A stretch of 64,000 nt of DNA, taken from assembly GCA_964187785.1 (NCBI GenBank), contig OZ076409.1:25856001-25920000 (forward strand). Direction: 5' to 3'. The notes under the pieces were generated by a model. The model was not told the DNA's origin. It did no database searches and saw only the letters and a program-made list of their open reading frames with translations. Below are positions 23,501 to 35,500 of this stretch, one piece after another. This DNA comes from Amphiscolops sp. MND2022. Lineage: Eukaryota. The position numbers and the translations under genes were made by a program. Numbering within the stretch: position 1 is the first letter of the stretch; every line of letters starts with the position of its first letter.

Positions 23501-26500
23501 ATCCCGCTTCGCGGATGCATTGGAAAGTGGCCCGCAGGTTCTTTATGAGTTGTTCGGCGTCATTTGCAGCAATGCCGATATCATCGACATATTGAGCACA
23601 TTGGTCAGCCTTAATAACTTTGTCAAGATATTCGCGCATAAAGCTAGAAAAGGCTGACAAAGCACGGCTGAGTCCTTGCGCCAACCTGCGGTAAGCAAAT
23701 GTCCTGCTGGCAAAATTGAACGCTAACATTTCAATGGACCGTTGGTCCGCCATCTGCAAGCAGTGGTATGCTTGCGAACAATCTAGTTTGCAAAATAGTT
23801 TTTTGCCTGCCATATGTTGGGCTGCATCGGTCAGTGTACTGACGGGGTGATTATTGTTAATGTAATCATCCGAAATGAGATTGTTAATCTTGCGAAGGTC
23901 GACCAGCAATCTCAATTTGCCATTGGGTTTCTTTTGGGCAAAGATCGGGCTAGCATATTTGGAAAATGGGAGAGTTGTTATGATCCCATATCGTTGTAAT
24001 AGCGCCAGTTCTACGAGGATATCTTCCTTGAGGTTAATAGGCGTTGGTAGACTTTGACTATAGGCCGGGGAATCGTCTTTTGGGGTTAATTTGACCTTGA
24101 ATTCCTCGTTCATGCCTATGTCGAATCGATGTCTAGCGAATATATCATGGAATTCGACTAGCAAATTTTCAATGCGTGTAATCTCATCTGATTGCAGCAT
24201 AGAATCTGTCCAATCGAAGTTGGCCAGGAATCGTCGTCTGGACTCAGGGTCATCCTGAGGATTGAGCTTCTCTAGCTCTTGTAGATTCAGGAGTTCGGTG
24301 AGAATGCGCTTTTGTATCGGCGTATGTTGTTGTGGATCCCCGGGGTCTTCCGGAGTGGGAAACCAATAGTTTTCCCGAAAATCTTCTGGCTTAGAAGATT
24401 TAATCAAGCTGCTAACGTAAAATGCAGCATTTTCAGGATTGTCCTGCAAAAGGTGCCATGTGGTCACCGGATCTATAGGTTTGACATACTTCATCTGTCC
24501 TGGGGTCATGACAGAGAAGTTGGCGACGTGAGAACCTCTCTTGAGAGTATAAGGGTGGTCGGTAAAGTTATTCAGGTGAATTTCAACTTGACCGGAGGTC
24601 AATGTGACCAGTGCCGCGCAAAAGGCGATGTCTCCATCTTCAGTGAGGGCATTGCTCGGTTGTAATATGCCAGTAACGGTGGTATCATCGTACATCTGGG
24701 AACTTAACGTGACTAGGTGTCTATCATTTGGTGGTATTGTGATGTCCTCCTGTGTACAGATAGGCTCCATGACGTTTGTGTACTTATGATCCGCTGTTTT
24801 CAATTGCATGGAGAAAAATGGGAAATTTAGAACTCCCTGTCTCATGTCCAGTATGGTGTTGTTTCGTTGCAAGAATGAAAGGCCAATCAACGGACTTGTT
24901 AGTTTCTCCATTACAATGAAAATTTCGTGAAATTCTATATCGCCGACCTCAAATTTAAGTTCGACGGTGCTCTTCGGAGTTTCCAGCTGCCCATTAGCTA
25001 CCATTATCTGGAAGTTGGGTGCTGGGCCCTCTTTGACAATAGACTGAGGGGCTAATAATCGGATTTTACGTAGATCAGCTTCGGGGATTGCACTAGATAG
25101 GGCACCCGTGTCTACAAGGCCGTCTAATGTAAGCTCGCCAAAATCCATGGGAAAATAGAGCATACGTCTTTTGTATTTGAGTCCGAGATTGGTTGTGAGC
25201 GGAACATAATCTGGCTCGCCATTTCTGGTAACCAGTGTGTTTACAAATCTTGCCTCGACGGCTGACGTCAGAGAGACTTGTGGTCCAAAAGAATTGAATT
25301 TGGTGTCTGGTTCTTCCTGTGTTGGTAGGACACAGGAATTGGTGTTTGCTTGCCAGGGGTCTACTAGAGCTATGGTCAAGGTATGGTTTAGAGCCCTGTC
25401 TGTCATGGGACAGTCGGGTTCAATTTCAGTTTGAGGTTTGTTAAAGTTTGCGTAAAATTGCAGCTCGTGTTGATTGTAGATTTGAGCGTCCCAGTAGGGG
25501 TCAATGCCGTAGTCGGGGTCAATGTAATAAGGGTTATAGTCAGGTATTAGAGGAAGGGATCGAATATAGTCCGTAGTCGAGGTAAGTCTGTCGGACCTGT
25601 GGTCCGAAGTGCAAAATTGAGTAGGAGTATTTCTCATTTGTTGCTGCCAGTCAGCCGATGAGGTTTTCTTTAGTGAAGAATAATATTCAATATAAAATAC
25701 GGTAGAAGGGTCAGAGATTATATACTGTCTAATTCGTAACTTTCCATTAAATTGGAGTCGTGGCAAAACTAGTTTTTTGAGTTTTTTAATATTGAGGTGG
25801 ATTGTTTATCCTTGGTCTCGTTTTGTCCAGGGGACGCTTCGTCTTGTTTGGCGTCCTCCAGTTTGAGGTTCTTGGGCTTGAGGTGGGCTCCGGCGCCTTT
25901 CCAACACCGTTCCGCCGGGTGATTTGTTTTGCCGCAAGTCGGGCATTTAGGATATTCTTTTTTAGTATCCTGTCCGTCGTTGCGCCTTTGTTCCTCCTTT
26001 CGTTTGAGTTTCCTGCAGTCGTCTTTGACGTGGCCAGGTTTTTTGCAATAGTTGCAAGTGATATTGGGATCAATGCCCGATGAAAGGAGGCCAGTGCCCG
26101 GTCGTGTTGCTGTAGGGGCAGTGGACATTGTAGGTACTGGAATGTCGTCACCTCCCTCAAGTCCATTAAGCTCAAGTTCACGTTCTAAATGAGTGACAAT
26201 TTCCTCGTACCATGCATTTTCAAGTCTTGCCATATTGACGGATCTTTTGAGTTTTGGGGGCAATTTGGCGTACAATAGGCTGTCTATCATAGCTTGAGCG
26301 TTCTCACCGAACGCTTTTTCTGCACCCTGATTCAATTCTTCAAGGAAATCGGGCAGTTTCATAGTGTTTGGGTCAAACACGAGTTTGTGCCATTTGTGTT
26401 TGGCAGTTGCTTGGGATTCTGGTTTGACGTATTTGCGTCTGAAGACTGCAAGTACATCTTCCAAGGTCTGCCTATTAGCGGTGCTGATGTTGCGGAAAGT

Positions 26501-29500
26501 TTGTAGGGCATTCTTCCTCAACAAAGAGTGGAAATGGTTGATTTTCATGGTCTCGGTCATTTCCGGTTGCATCTTTACCATAGTATGGAAAAGATCTTCG
26601 AAGAGTTCAAATTTCTCCGATTTGCCATCGAACGTCAATGTAGTAGTGCTGACAGGTCTTACCATCAGTGTCTGCGTTGATGATTTGTTGTTCATTCCGA
26701 CCAGCACATCTGCAAGACGCCTAATGGGGTCTGAACCATCGTTGACGTCTGTCTCCTGAACCGGAGGGACATTTTCTAAGGTTTGAATTCGTGGGGAATG
26801 GGAATTTTGTGTTTCTTCGCGGGAATGCATGGGCCGTCCAGTAAGGAATTCAGGAACCGTACGAGGGGTAGGTTTGGCTCCTGTCACCATGTCGTGACTA
26901 TTGGTCATAATGTCTTCTTCATGACCATCGTCACTAGACTGAGAATTCTCTGAATTTCTCCTAAAGTAGTCTTGTCGACTACTGGTTGCCATATTAAGCT
27001 TTGAGTTACCTTTCCAAGCGTTTTTAACGAATTTCGCTTCGGTGGTCCTGTTAAGTCCACTGGACCTCTGGTCCACTTCTTCCCGAAACACTGGATTTTG
27101 GTTGGAAACCAAGTTTCTAATATCAGGCAAAACCTTTTCAGTGATTGCTGAATTAATGACATCAACCAGCTGAGAATTAAGTTCTCTTCTCAGTTCATCA
27201 ATTTTCTTTGTAATCTCAGAATTAACGAGCCTCATAGTCTCAACCGTCGATTCACTATTTTCGTTACTGTTTGAGTTTAAAAGTGACCTGAAATCCTCAC
27301 TATTTTGCAGTGGGTCTCCTCTAGTCCCATCTGACCCTAGGTCTATTTCACCATTCCTATCAGAGTCATTTCCTAATTCATTTCTTGGATATGATCCAAG
27401 CATTACGTCTAAGTTTTCTGTATCAGACATGATGTCTAATTGCCTAGAGCGTCTTTCCTTAGCTCTTTGCTTTCTAGTAGAAGGCATTGAAGAAATATTT
27501 GCTCAGGTAAGAGTATATTCGAGCTTGTATCAAATATCCCAACTTGAACTGAGTATTCAAACAATAACAGAACGATATATCACTAAAGCAGTCTACTAAA
27601 GCGAAGGTTGACTTGTAGTCTCAAAATGATTAGAACACTGATGGTGATAGATAGCGGTGAGTTGTAGGTTTGTAATCATCAATAATCGTCAAGATTCATC
27701 CCTTGGGACTAGTGGTCCCCGTATTTATAGTCCTTGCATCATGACATGCAGTAATATGTATAGTCATGTTACTAAAATTAGCAACTTACATACTAACGTC
27801 ACTATGACGTAATGCTGTCAAACTAAATATAGACACAAGTACGGGCAAAAGGCCCTGGGAAGTTTACGTCACATGCTCCTGTAATTCTAAAATTAGCATC
27901 TCTACGTGTAATAGATCTAAAAATAGATAAAGAGGAAGGAAAATGGGGGGGAAGAGGCAGTACGCCTTTCATATTAATGACAGCAAGACTTGTGCTGAGC
28001 TCATACTTATATGCACCAATAGTATTGCACTTAGTTAAGATTAATAATCATCAAAGTAAATACACCGACAATAAGTGGACCGGCAGTCTAATATGACTTG
28101 CGTCGCCGCAAAGGCCAGCAAGTAAGTGAATAAGAAAGCTCGCATGTGATTGGCTAATTAAGGTTGCGGACTACGCGTTCGAATTGACCAACGCGGCGGA
28201 CAATTCGAACGCGTTTCCTTTACCTTGCCAGTTATCTTGATTATTACAGCTACATTTCATCGATAATTAATACATTCTGCACTACTGGTTTACATGTAGA
28301 ATACACAAGCATAAAGACGTGAATATATATATAAAGTGTACATGCGCAGCGTATAAAATCAACAAACAGAATACAATGAATGCTATATCTATGTAATGAA
28401 TACTAAAATGCAATTGGTACTACAAGTCATACTAAGACCAGTGGACCTTCGGTCCGTAATAGCATAAATTCACATTCTAATTGTTTGTGAAAAAAAATAT
28501 AAGTCATGCACTAAGTTTCCCAGCAGATCAGCGGTATACGCGGCCTAAAGTGGCAGTGTTCCTGGCATATATCTCAGGTCGTTCTCATCCACCATCACTT
28601 GGTAGCTGTTTCCATCACAGGCGGCAGCCTGCGACAATACCAATTTGAAAAACGAATGTTTTTATACGGCAAAAATGGGGAAACTGCCCTTCTTAAAAAA
28701 TGAGCATCGAATAACTATCAGTTTTGAGGAAAATTCAATCAAAACCAGCTCGCTACCACCGGAGGACACCTTAGGTTGAAAACAGTGCATACGATCTACC
28801 AACTGAGCTTGGCTGTTGATAATTTTTCAACTGTTGATAGTTTCAAACATTACAAAACAGACAAATTAACAGCGAAAACTCGGAATCCACATTTGTGCAA
28901 AACATTAGGCACTTGTGTTATGCACAATTTTTGACAATGAGATCGCCAATTAACTCCGAAGCATCAAATACAGCATGCCGACAAAAACGTTCCCATTTTT
29001 CGTAGAAAACGCAGCCTATAGCACTGGCTTTTTTAAAGACCAACGAAGTGACAGATTTTATCAGCTTGCATAGCTGAAGCTGTTGCTTCCACTAACTGCC
29101 ACACTAAGGTAACTTCTACTGCCACTTGGCATAGTGGTTAATTAGAATTTTTTGAGGTCTACCAAGCAGAAGGACATGGGTTCGAGTCGCGCCCTTGACA
29201 AATTTTTCGTGCATGTTATATTCGCACGATGACAACTATTTGAAGCAGTTCAAAGCAGCTATACGGGATGTTATAAATCGAAGAATGCCAGCTCACGGTG
29301 AAAACAAATTCTATGTTATGGGAACCTTCCTCGATCCTAACTATCAGCCCTTTCTTTTCAATGACGATCAAAAACAGTTTATAAAGTCTGATTTGATTGG
29401 TTTCGTTCAAGAAGACGCTGTTCAAGTGGCCGATTTTCCTCAAAAAAGAATTCATCCCGTTTTGAAAGAAAAATTTTCTCTCTCTGAAAAATTGAAGCTC

Positions 29501-32500
29501 CAAGCTGTAATGGAAGAGCCTAAACAATGCACTACGGCAAGCAGAATATCGCCTATTGAAAAAGAAATCAATGATTACATGGACATAGGTATTGAAGTTT
29601 CTACAGATGTTTGGGCGTATTGGCGAGAGCACAGAACTAAATATCATATTCTTTCACCGGCTGCTCGGAAGACTTTTTGCATGAAGGCAACCAATACTGC
29701 CAGTGAACGGTTGAACTCAGCAGCTGGTCGAGTCGTGTCCAGCAGAAGAGAAAGATTGTCTGCCGAACACATTGAGCAACTGGTTCTTCTGTCACAGTCT
29801 GCCGCCTGCGATGGCAACAGCTACCAGATTGTGCCTAATGAGATGAGTGACATGCCGTTGCCTGCTGGGGTGTTACCCCTATAGATGAAAGAGACTACAG
29901 GTCCGCACAAAACTACCCCGTTAAATGTGATGTCAGTATAAACTATTTTAAATAGCATTTATATTATTTTACGGACCATCGGTCCACCCGTCTAAAGTAG
30001 ACAGTCTGTCAAACTAATATCCTAGAACTGATTATTCATATCAATTAGCTGTGTATTCATTTGTATTTACGTGCTTAACCATGTAAACCAAATTACCAGT
30101 GAAGTTGATTAAAAATATCAATTTGTAAAGCAACCAAAAGATAGTAAGGAAACGCGTTCGAATTACATCACCGTCAGTATAATCGACGCGTGGTCCTTTC
30201 TGTTATTAACCAATCAGCTTTCAGAAATTTTTTCAATCGCCTGTGCTATACTGTGCTTATTCTCCTAGTTGCCAATAATCGGTCGGACCACCAGTCCGTC
30301 ACATGTAAAATACGTGTAATGTTCATGCTGAAAATCATCTGTGCAAACAATGGCTTAACTAAAGTGGTCCGCATGTATTTAGTCTTGAAAGGCGTGCCGC
30401 CATTCCCCCCCCCCACCCACTGAGCAATTTTACTCTACTTCTAAGAAATGCTGCTAAATATAAATATGACGTAGCAGTGACGTTATCCTTTGAGGGCTTT
30501 TGCCCAGATTTGTTGCTATTTTTAGATACGTGACGCTGATAAAATTTGCTTGTCATGCTTTTCCTACTATATATTGGGAGGCCGTAAGTCTTCTAAAAAC
30601 AATCTTACGCTATTCAACTCAATTCAATTACACTCTGTTCAATGACAATCTCTGATGCAAATTTGGACTTGAAGTCCGCAAATACCTTGTTTGACTTGAT
30701 TCAATATATCCCGTTTTGTTTCTGTTGCATTCATTTCAGTTGGAGTAACTTAGTACAAACAATATAGTGTTATTTGAAAGGAATCTTCTAAATGCCTTCC
30801 ACAAGAAAGCAGAAAGCAAGGGAAAAGCGATCAAGGCAATCAGACGTAATGTCTGATCTAGAAAACATGAATGTCATGTTGGGAAATTACCAAGAAAACC
30901 TATCAGACGTTGATCTGAATGAAAATGTAGAAATGGACTCAAGGTCCAACGGTACAAGGACCGACATGGTCAGGAATTGTGAGGATTTTAGAACATTATT
31001 AGCATCTGAAAATAGAAATAGGTGCGAAATACCTACAGAAGCTAATAGACTCATTTCTGAGGAGATAGCTTGCCAAATGAATAGGAAAATGGATGAACTG
31101 AGAAGGAATTTAGACACGCAAATTACAGAGTCTATTAACTCTGCAATTCATGATTCAATCCTTCCTTCTATCCAAAATTCGTTATCAGGACAAAATAGCG
31201 GGTTAGGTACAAATGTGGATTCAAGGTCCAGTAGATTAAGCAGGAACACCGAAGGTAAAAAGCACCAAAGTGCTTGGGGAGATACCCAATGTAGAGTACA
31301 ATCAAATTCAAACAATCATCCCCAATCTAGAGATAACTCATTAAGCTCATTAGACTGTAGGGATGATCGCGACATGGTGACAGGAGCCATCCCTACCCCT
31401 CGTATGGTTCCTGAGTTTCTTACTGGACGACCCACACAATCTCGAGATAACCCGCAAAGCCAAGACCCTATAGATCCTCAGTCTCCGACCATGTCACCTC
31501 AAGACCAGGAGACCATTGGTCACAATTCGGCTATAGACACTCTCACACGCCTTGCTGATGTTCTAAAGGCATGACCAATAAGCAAACCCCACAAACACTC
31601 ATGGTACGACCCGTCAGTACAACTAAACTGACCTTTGACGGGAAATCTAAAAAAATTCGAACTTTTCGAAGACCTTTTTCATACAATGATAAAAATGCAA
31701 CCACAAATGACTGAAACAATGAAAATTCACCACTTTTATTCCCTCTTACGTAAAAATGCACAAACCTTTCGTAATATCAACTCTGCCAATAGGCAGACAC
31801 TAGAAGACGTACTCGCGGTCTTCCGACGAAAGTACGTCAAGCCGGAAACTCAAGCCACTGCCAAACACAAATGGCATAAATTAGTGTTCGACCCCAACAC
31901 TATGAAACTTCCAGATTTTCTCGAAGAACTCAACCAGGGAGCAGAAAAAGCGTTTGACGAAAATGCCCAAGCAATGATAGACAGCCTTTTATACGCCAAA
32001 CTGCCCCCCAAACTCAAGCGATCGGTAAGTATGGCGCGACTTGAGAACGCCTCATATGAAGAGATCGTCACCCATCTGGAACGCGAACTAGAACTCAACG
32101 GACTTGAGGGAGGTGACGACATTACTGTACCTACAATGTCTACTGCCCCTACAGCGACACGACCGGGAACTGGCCTCCTTTCTTCCGGCATTGATCCCAA
32201 TGTCACCTGCAATTACTGCAAAAAACCTGGCCACGTCAAAGACGAATGCCGAAAACTCAAAAGAAAGGAGGAACAACGACGCAATGACGGGCAGGATACT
32301 AAAAAAGAATATCCCAAATGCCCAATTTGCGACAAAACAAACCACCCGGCGGAACGATGTTGGAAAGGCGCTGGAGCCCACCTCAAGCCCAAAAACCTCA
32401 AGATGGAAGACGAAAAACAAGACAACGCGTCTCTCAGCCAATCCGAAACCAATAACAAACAAACTACTTTTATCTTAAAAAAACCCAAAAAACTAGATTT

Positions 32501-35500
32501 GCCACGACTCCAATTTGATACAAAATTACGCGTCCGACAATATATAATTTCTGATCCCTCTACTGTATTCTACACTGAATATTATTCACCACTCAAGGGC
32601 AACTCATCAACTGACTGGCAGCAGCAAATGAGAATCACCCCTACTCAATTTTATACTTCGGACCTTAAGTCCATCGGACTTGACTCGACTTCACACTCCA
32701 TCCGTCCTCTTCCAGAAATACCAGACTATAACCCCTATTAAACAGATCCGGACTACGGCATTGACCCCTACTGGGACGTCCATCTCTACAATCAACACCA
32801 TTTATCTTTCTGTACCGACTTCACCAAACCCCAAATAAACATTGAACCTGATTGTCCGGCAACCGATGGTGCCCTCAACAGCGTTCTAAAGAACGCATCA
32901 GTCGATGTCTGGCAAACTAAACCCAATCCCTGCACTCTACCGGCACAGCACACCCAGGGACACCAATTTGACAGCTTGGGACCACAGGTCTCTTTGACTA
33001 CAGCAGTCGAAGCACGATTTACGAACACACTGGTCACCAGACAAGGTGAACCAGACTACGTACCCCTGACAACCAATCTCGGACTCGAATACAAAAGACG
33101 AATGCTCTATTTTCCAATGGATTTCGGCGAACTTACATTAGATGGCCTTGTAGACACGGGAGCACTATCTAGCGCAATCCCTGAAGCTGATCTACGTAAA
33201 ATCCGATTATTAGCCCCTCGGTCAATTGTCAAAGAGGGCCCTGCACCTAAATTCCAAATAATGGTAGCCAATGGGCAATTAGAAACTCCAAAGAGCACAG
33301 TCGAATTGAAATTTGAAGTCGGTGATATTGAATTTCACGAAATCTTTATTGTCATGGAAAAATTGACAAGCCCATTGCTTGGCCTTTCGTTTTTACAACG
33401 AAACAATACCATACTGGACATGCGTCAGGGAGTCTTAAACTTCCCATTCTTCTCCATGCAATTGAAAACGGCGGATCACAAGTACACTAATGACATGGAA
33501 CCTATCTGTACTCAGGAGGATATTACAATTCCCCCTAATGATAGACAAATAGTGACATTGGCATCCCAAATGTACGACGATACCACTGTAACCGGCATCC
33601 TCCAACCGAGCAATGCACTCACTGAGGATGGCGATGTCGCCTTTTGCGCGGCATTGGTCACACTGACCTCCGGTCAAGTGGAAATTCCGCTCAATAATTT
33701 CACTGACCACCCTTATACTCTCAAGAGAGGTTCGCACATTGCCAATTTCTCTGTCATGACTCCAGGGCAGATGAAATACGTTAAACCCATTGACCCAGTG
33801 ACCACATGGCACCTCTTACAGGATCATCCTGAAAATGCGGCTTTCTATGTCAGCAGCTTGATTAAATCTTCTAAACCAGAAGATTTTAAAGAAAGTTATT
33901 GGTTCCCTACTCCAGAGGACCCTGGGGATCCACAACAACACACACCCATTCAAAAACGGATACTGAAGGAAATACTCAATCTTCAGGAACTTGAAAAACT
34001 GAATCCTCAGGAAGACCCTGAGTCCAGACGACAATTCTTGACCAACTTTGATTGGACTGACTCGACACTGCAACCACATGAAATTGCACGCATTGAGGAC
34101 TTACTTGTCGAATTCCACGACATATTTGCGAGACACCGCTTTGACATTGGCATGAACGAGGAATTCACGGTTAAACTTACGCCAAAAGACGATTCCCCGG
34201 CCTATAGCCAAAGCTTACCGACACCTATCAACCTCAAGGAAGACATCCTCGTTGAATTAGCCTCACTACAGCGCTATGGGATTATCACAACACTCCCATT
34301 CTCCAAATATGCCGGTCCCATTTTTGCCCAAAAGAAACCAAATGGTAAATTGCGACTATTAGTCGACCTTCGGAAAAAAACAACCTTATTTCAGATGACT
34401 AAATCAACAATAATCATCCTGTCAGTACGCTAAGTGATGCAGCTCAACACATGGCAGGCAAAAAACTCTTTTGCAAACTAGATTGCTCACAGGCATATCA
34501 TTGCCTGCCAATGGCGGACCAACGGTCCATAAAGATGTTGGCGTTCAATTTCGCTAGCAGAACTTTTGCCTACCGCCGATTAGCTCAAGGTCTCAGCCGT
34601 GCTTTGTCAGCCTTTTCTAGCTTTATGCGAGAATACCTCGACAAAGTTATCAAGGCCGATCAATGCGGGCAATACGTCGATGACATTGGCATTGCCGCCA
34701 ATGATGCAGAACAACTCATGAAAAACCTCCGGGCCACTTTCCAATGCATTAGACATGCAGGCCTGAAGCTCACTATGCACAAGTGCCATTTCGGAGCAAC
34801 GGAAATCGATTTCCTGGGCCGAACGATCACTCCGGACGGCGTACGTCCACAACGACCACGAGTCCAAAATTTTCTGGAAAAAAAAACAAAATTCCCGAAA
34901 TCAAAGAAGGCATTACAGCGCTACCTGGGTTTCTTAAATTATTATAGAAATTACATTCCTAGATTATCCGAAAAACTAACACCATTTTTCAAATTGCTCA
35001 CTAAAGGCGAGAAGGTCATGGTAACCCCGGACCTATTGGACAAAATCTCTGAAATTAACAAAGCTCTTGATCGATGTTGTGAACTAGCACTTAAACAACC
35101 TTTGCCCAACAAACAAATCGCCCTGATGACTGATGCGAGCTTTACGGCGGCCGGATATGCAGTTCTCATCGAGGACGATCCGCTTGAGAAATATACATCA
35201 ACAAGGAAAGCATACGCACCGGTGGCCTACGGCTCCAAGACCTTCAGTCCCGCACAACTCAAGATGTCCATATACGCCAAAGAGTTCCTAGCAATTTTCT
35301 TCGCCTTCAAAGAAAGCGGACACATTTTCTGGGGAACACCAAAACCGGTCATTATACTAACAGACAATAAGTCGGTCACACGATTTTTTCAAACAAAAAT
35401 TATTCCACCATCCTTATGGAACGCTTGTGACTATGTTATACAATTTAATTTCACTATTGCCCACATTCCTGGCAAGAATAACACAGCCGCGGTCTACATG

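Larger units (their letters stand above)
12215..28636 (-). mobile_element. Element A: 16.4-kb Ty3/gypsy LTR retrotransposon with two accessory genes, apparently intact
   Basis: 1747-bp LTRs (2 mismatches seen), TGTCG...CGACA termini, perfect ATACC TSD (12210-12214 and 28637-28641), PBS, open gag and pol. Confidence 0.97.

Noticed and set aside
12215..28636. DIRS-type or Polinton/virus assignment for the large elements
   Set aside because: Direct TG..CA LTRs, 5-bp TSDs, PBS and a DDE integrase after RNase H indicate Ty3/gypsy; no tyrosine recombinase, PolB or capsid ORF was seen.
28740..28813. tRNA gene on the minus strand (AGCTCAGTTGGTAGA)
   Set aside because: Only a D-arm/A-box-like piece; no T-arm or acceptor stem found.
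29195..29884. 229-aa ORF as a genuine gene
   Set aside because: It is a chimera of a 5'-truncated hAT transposase and the first 95 nt of the element B LTR.
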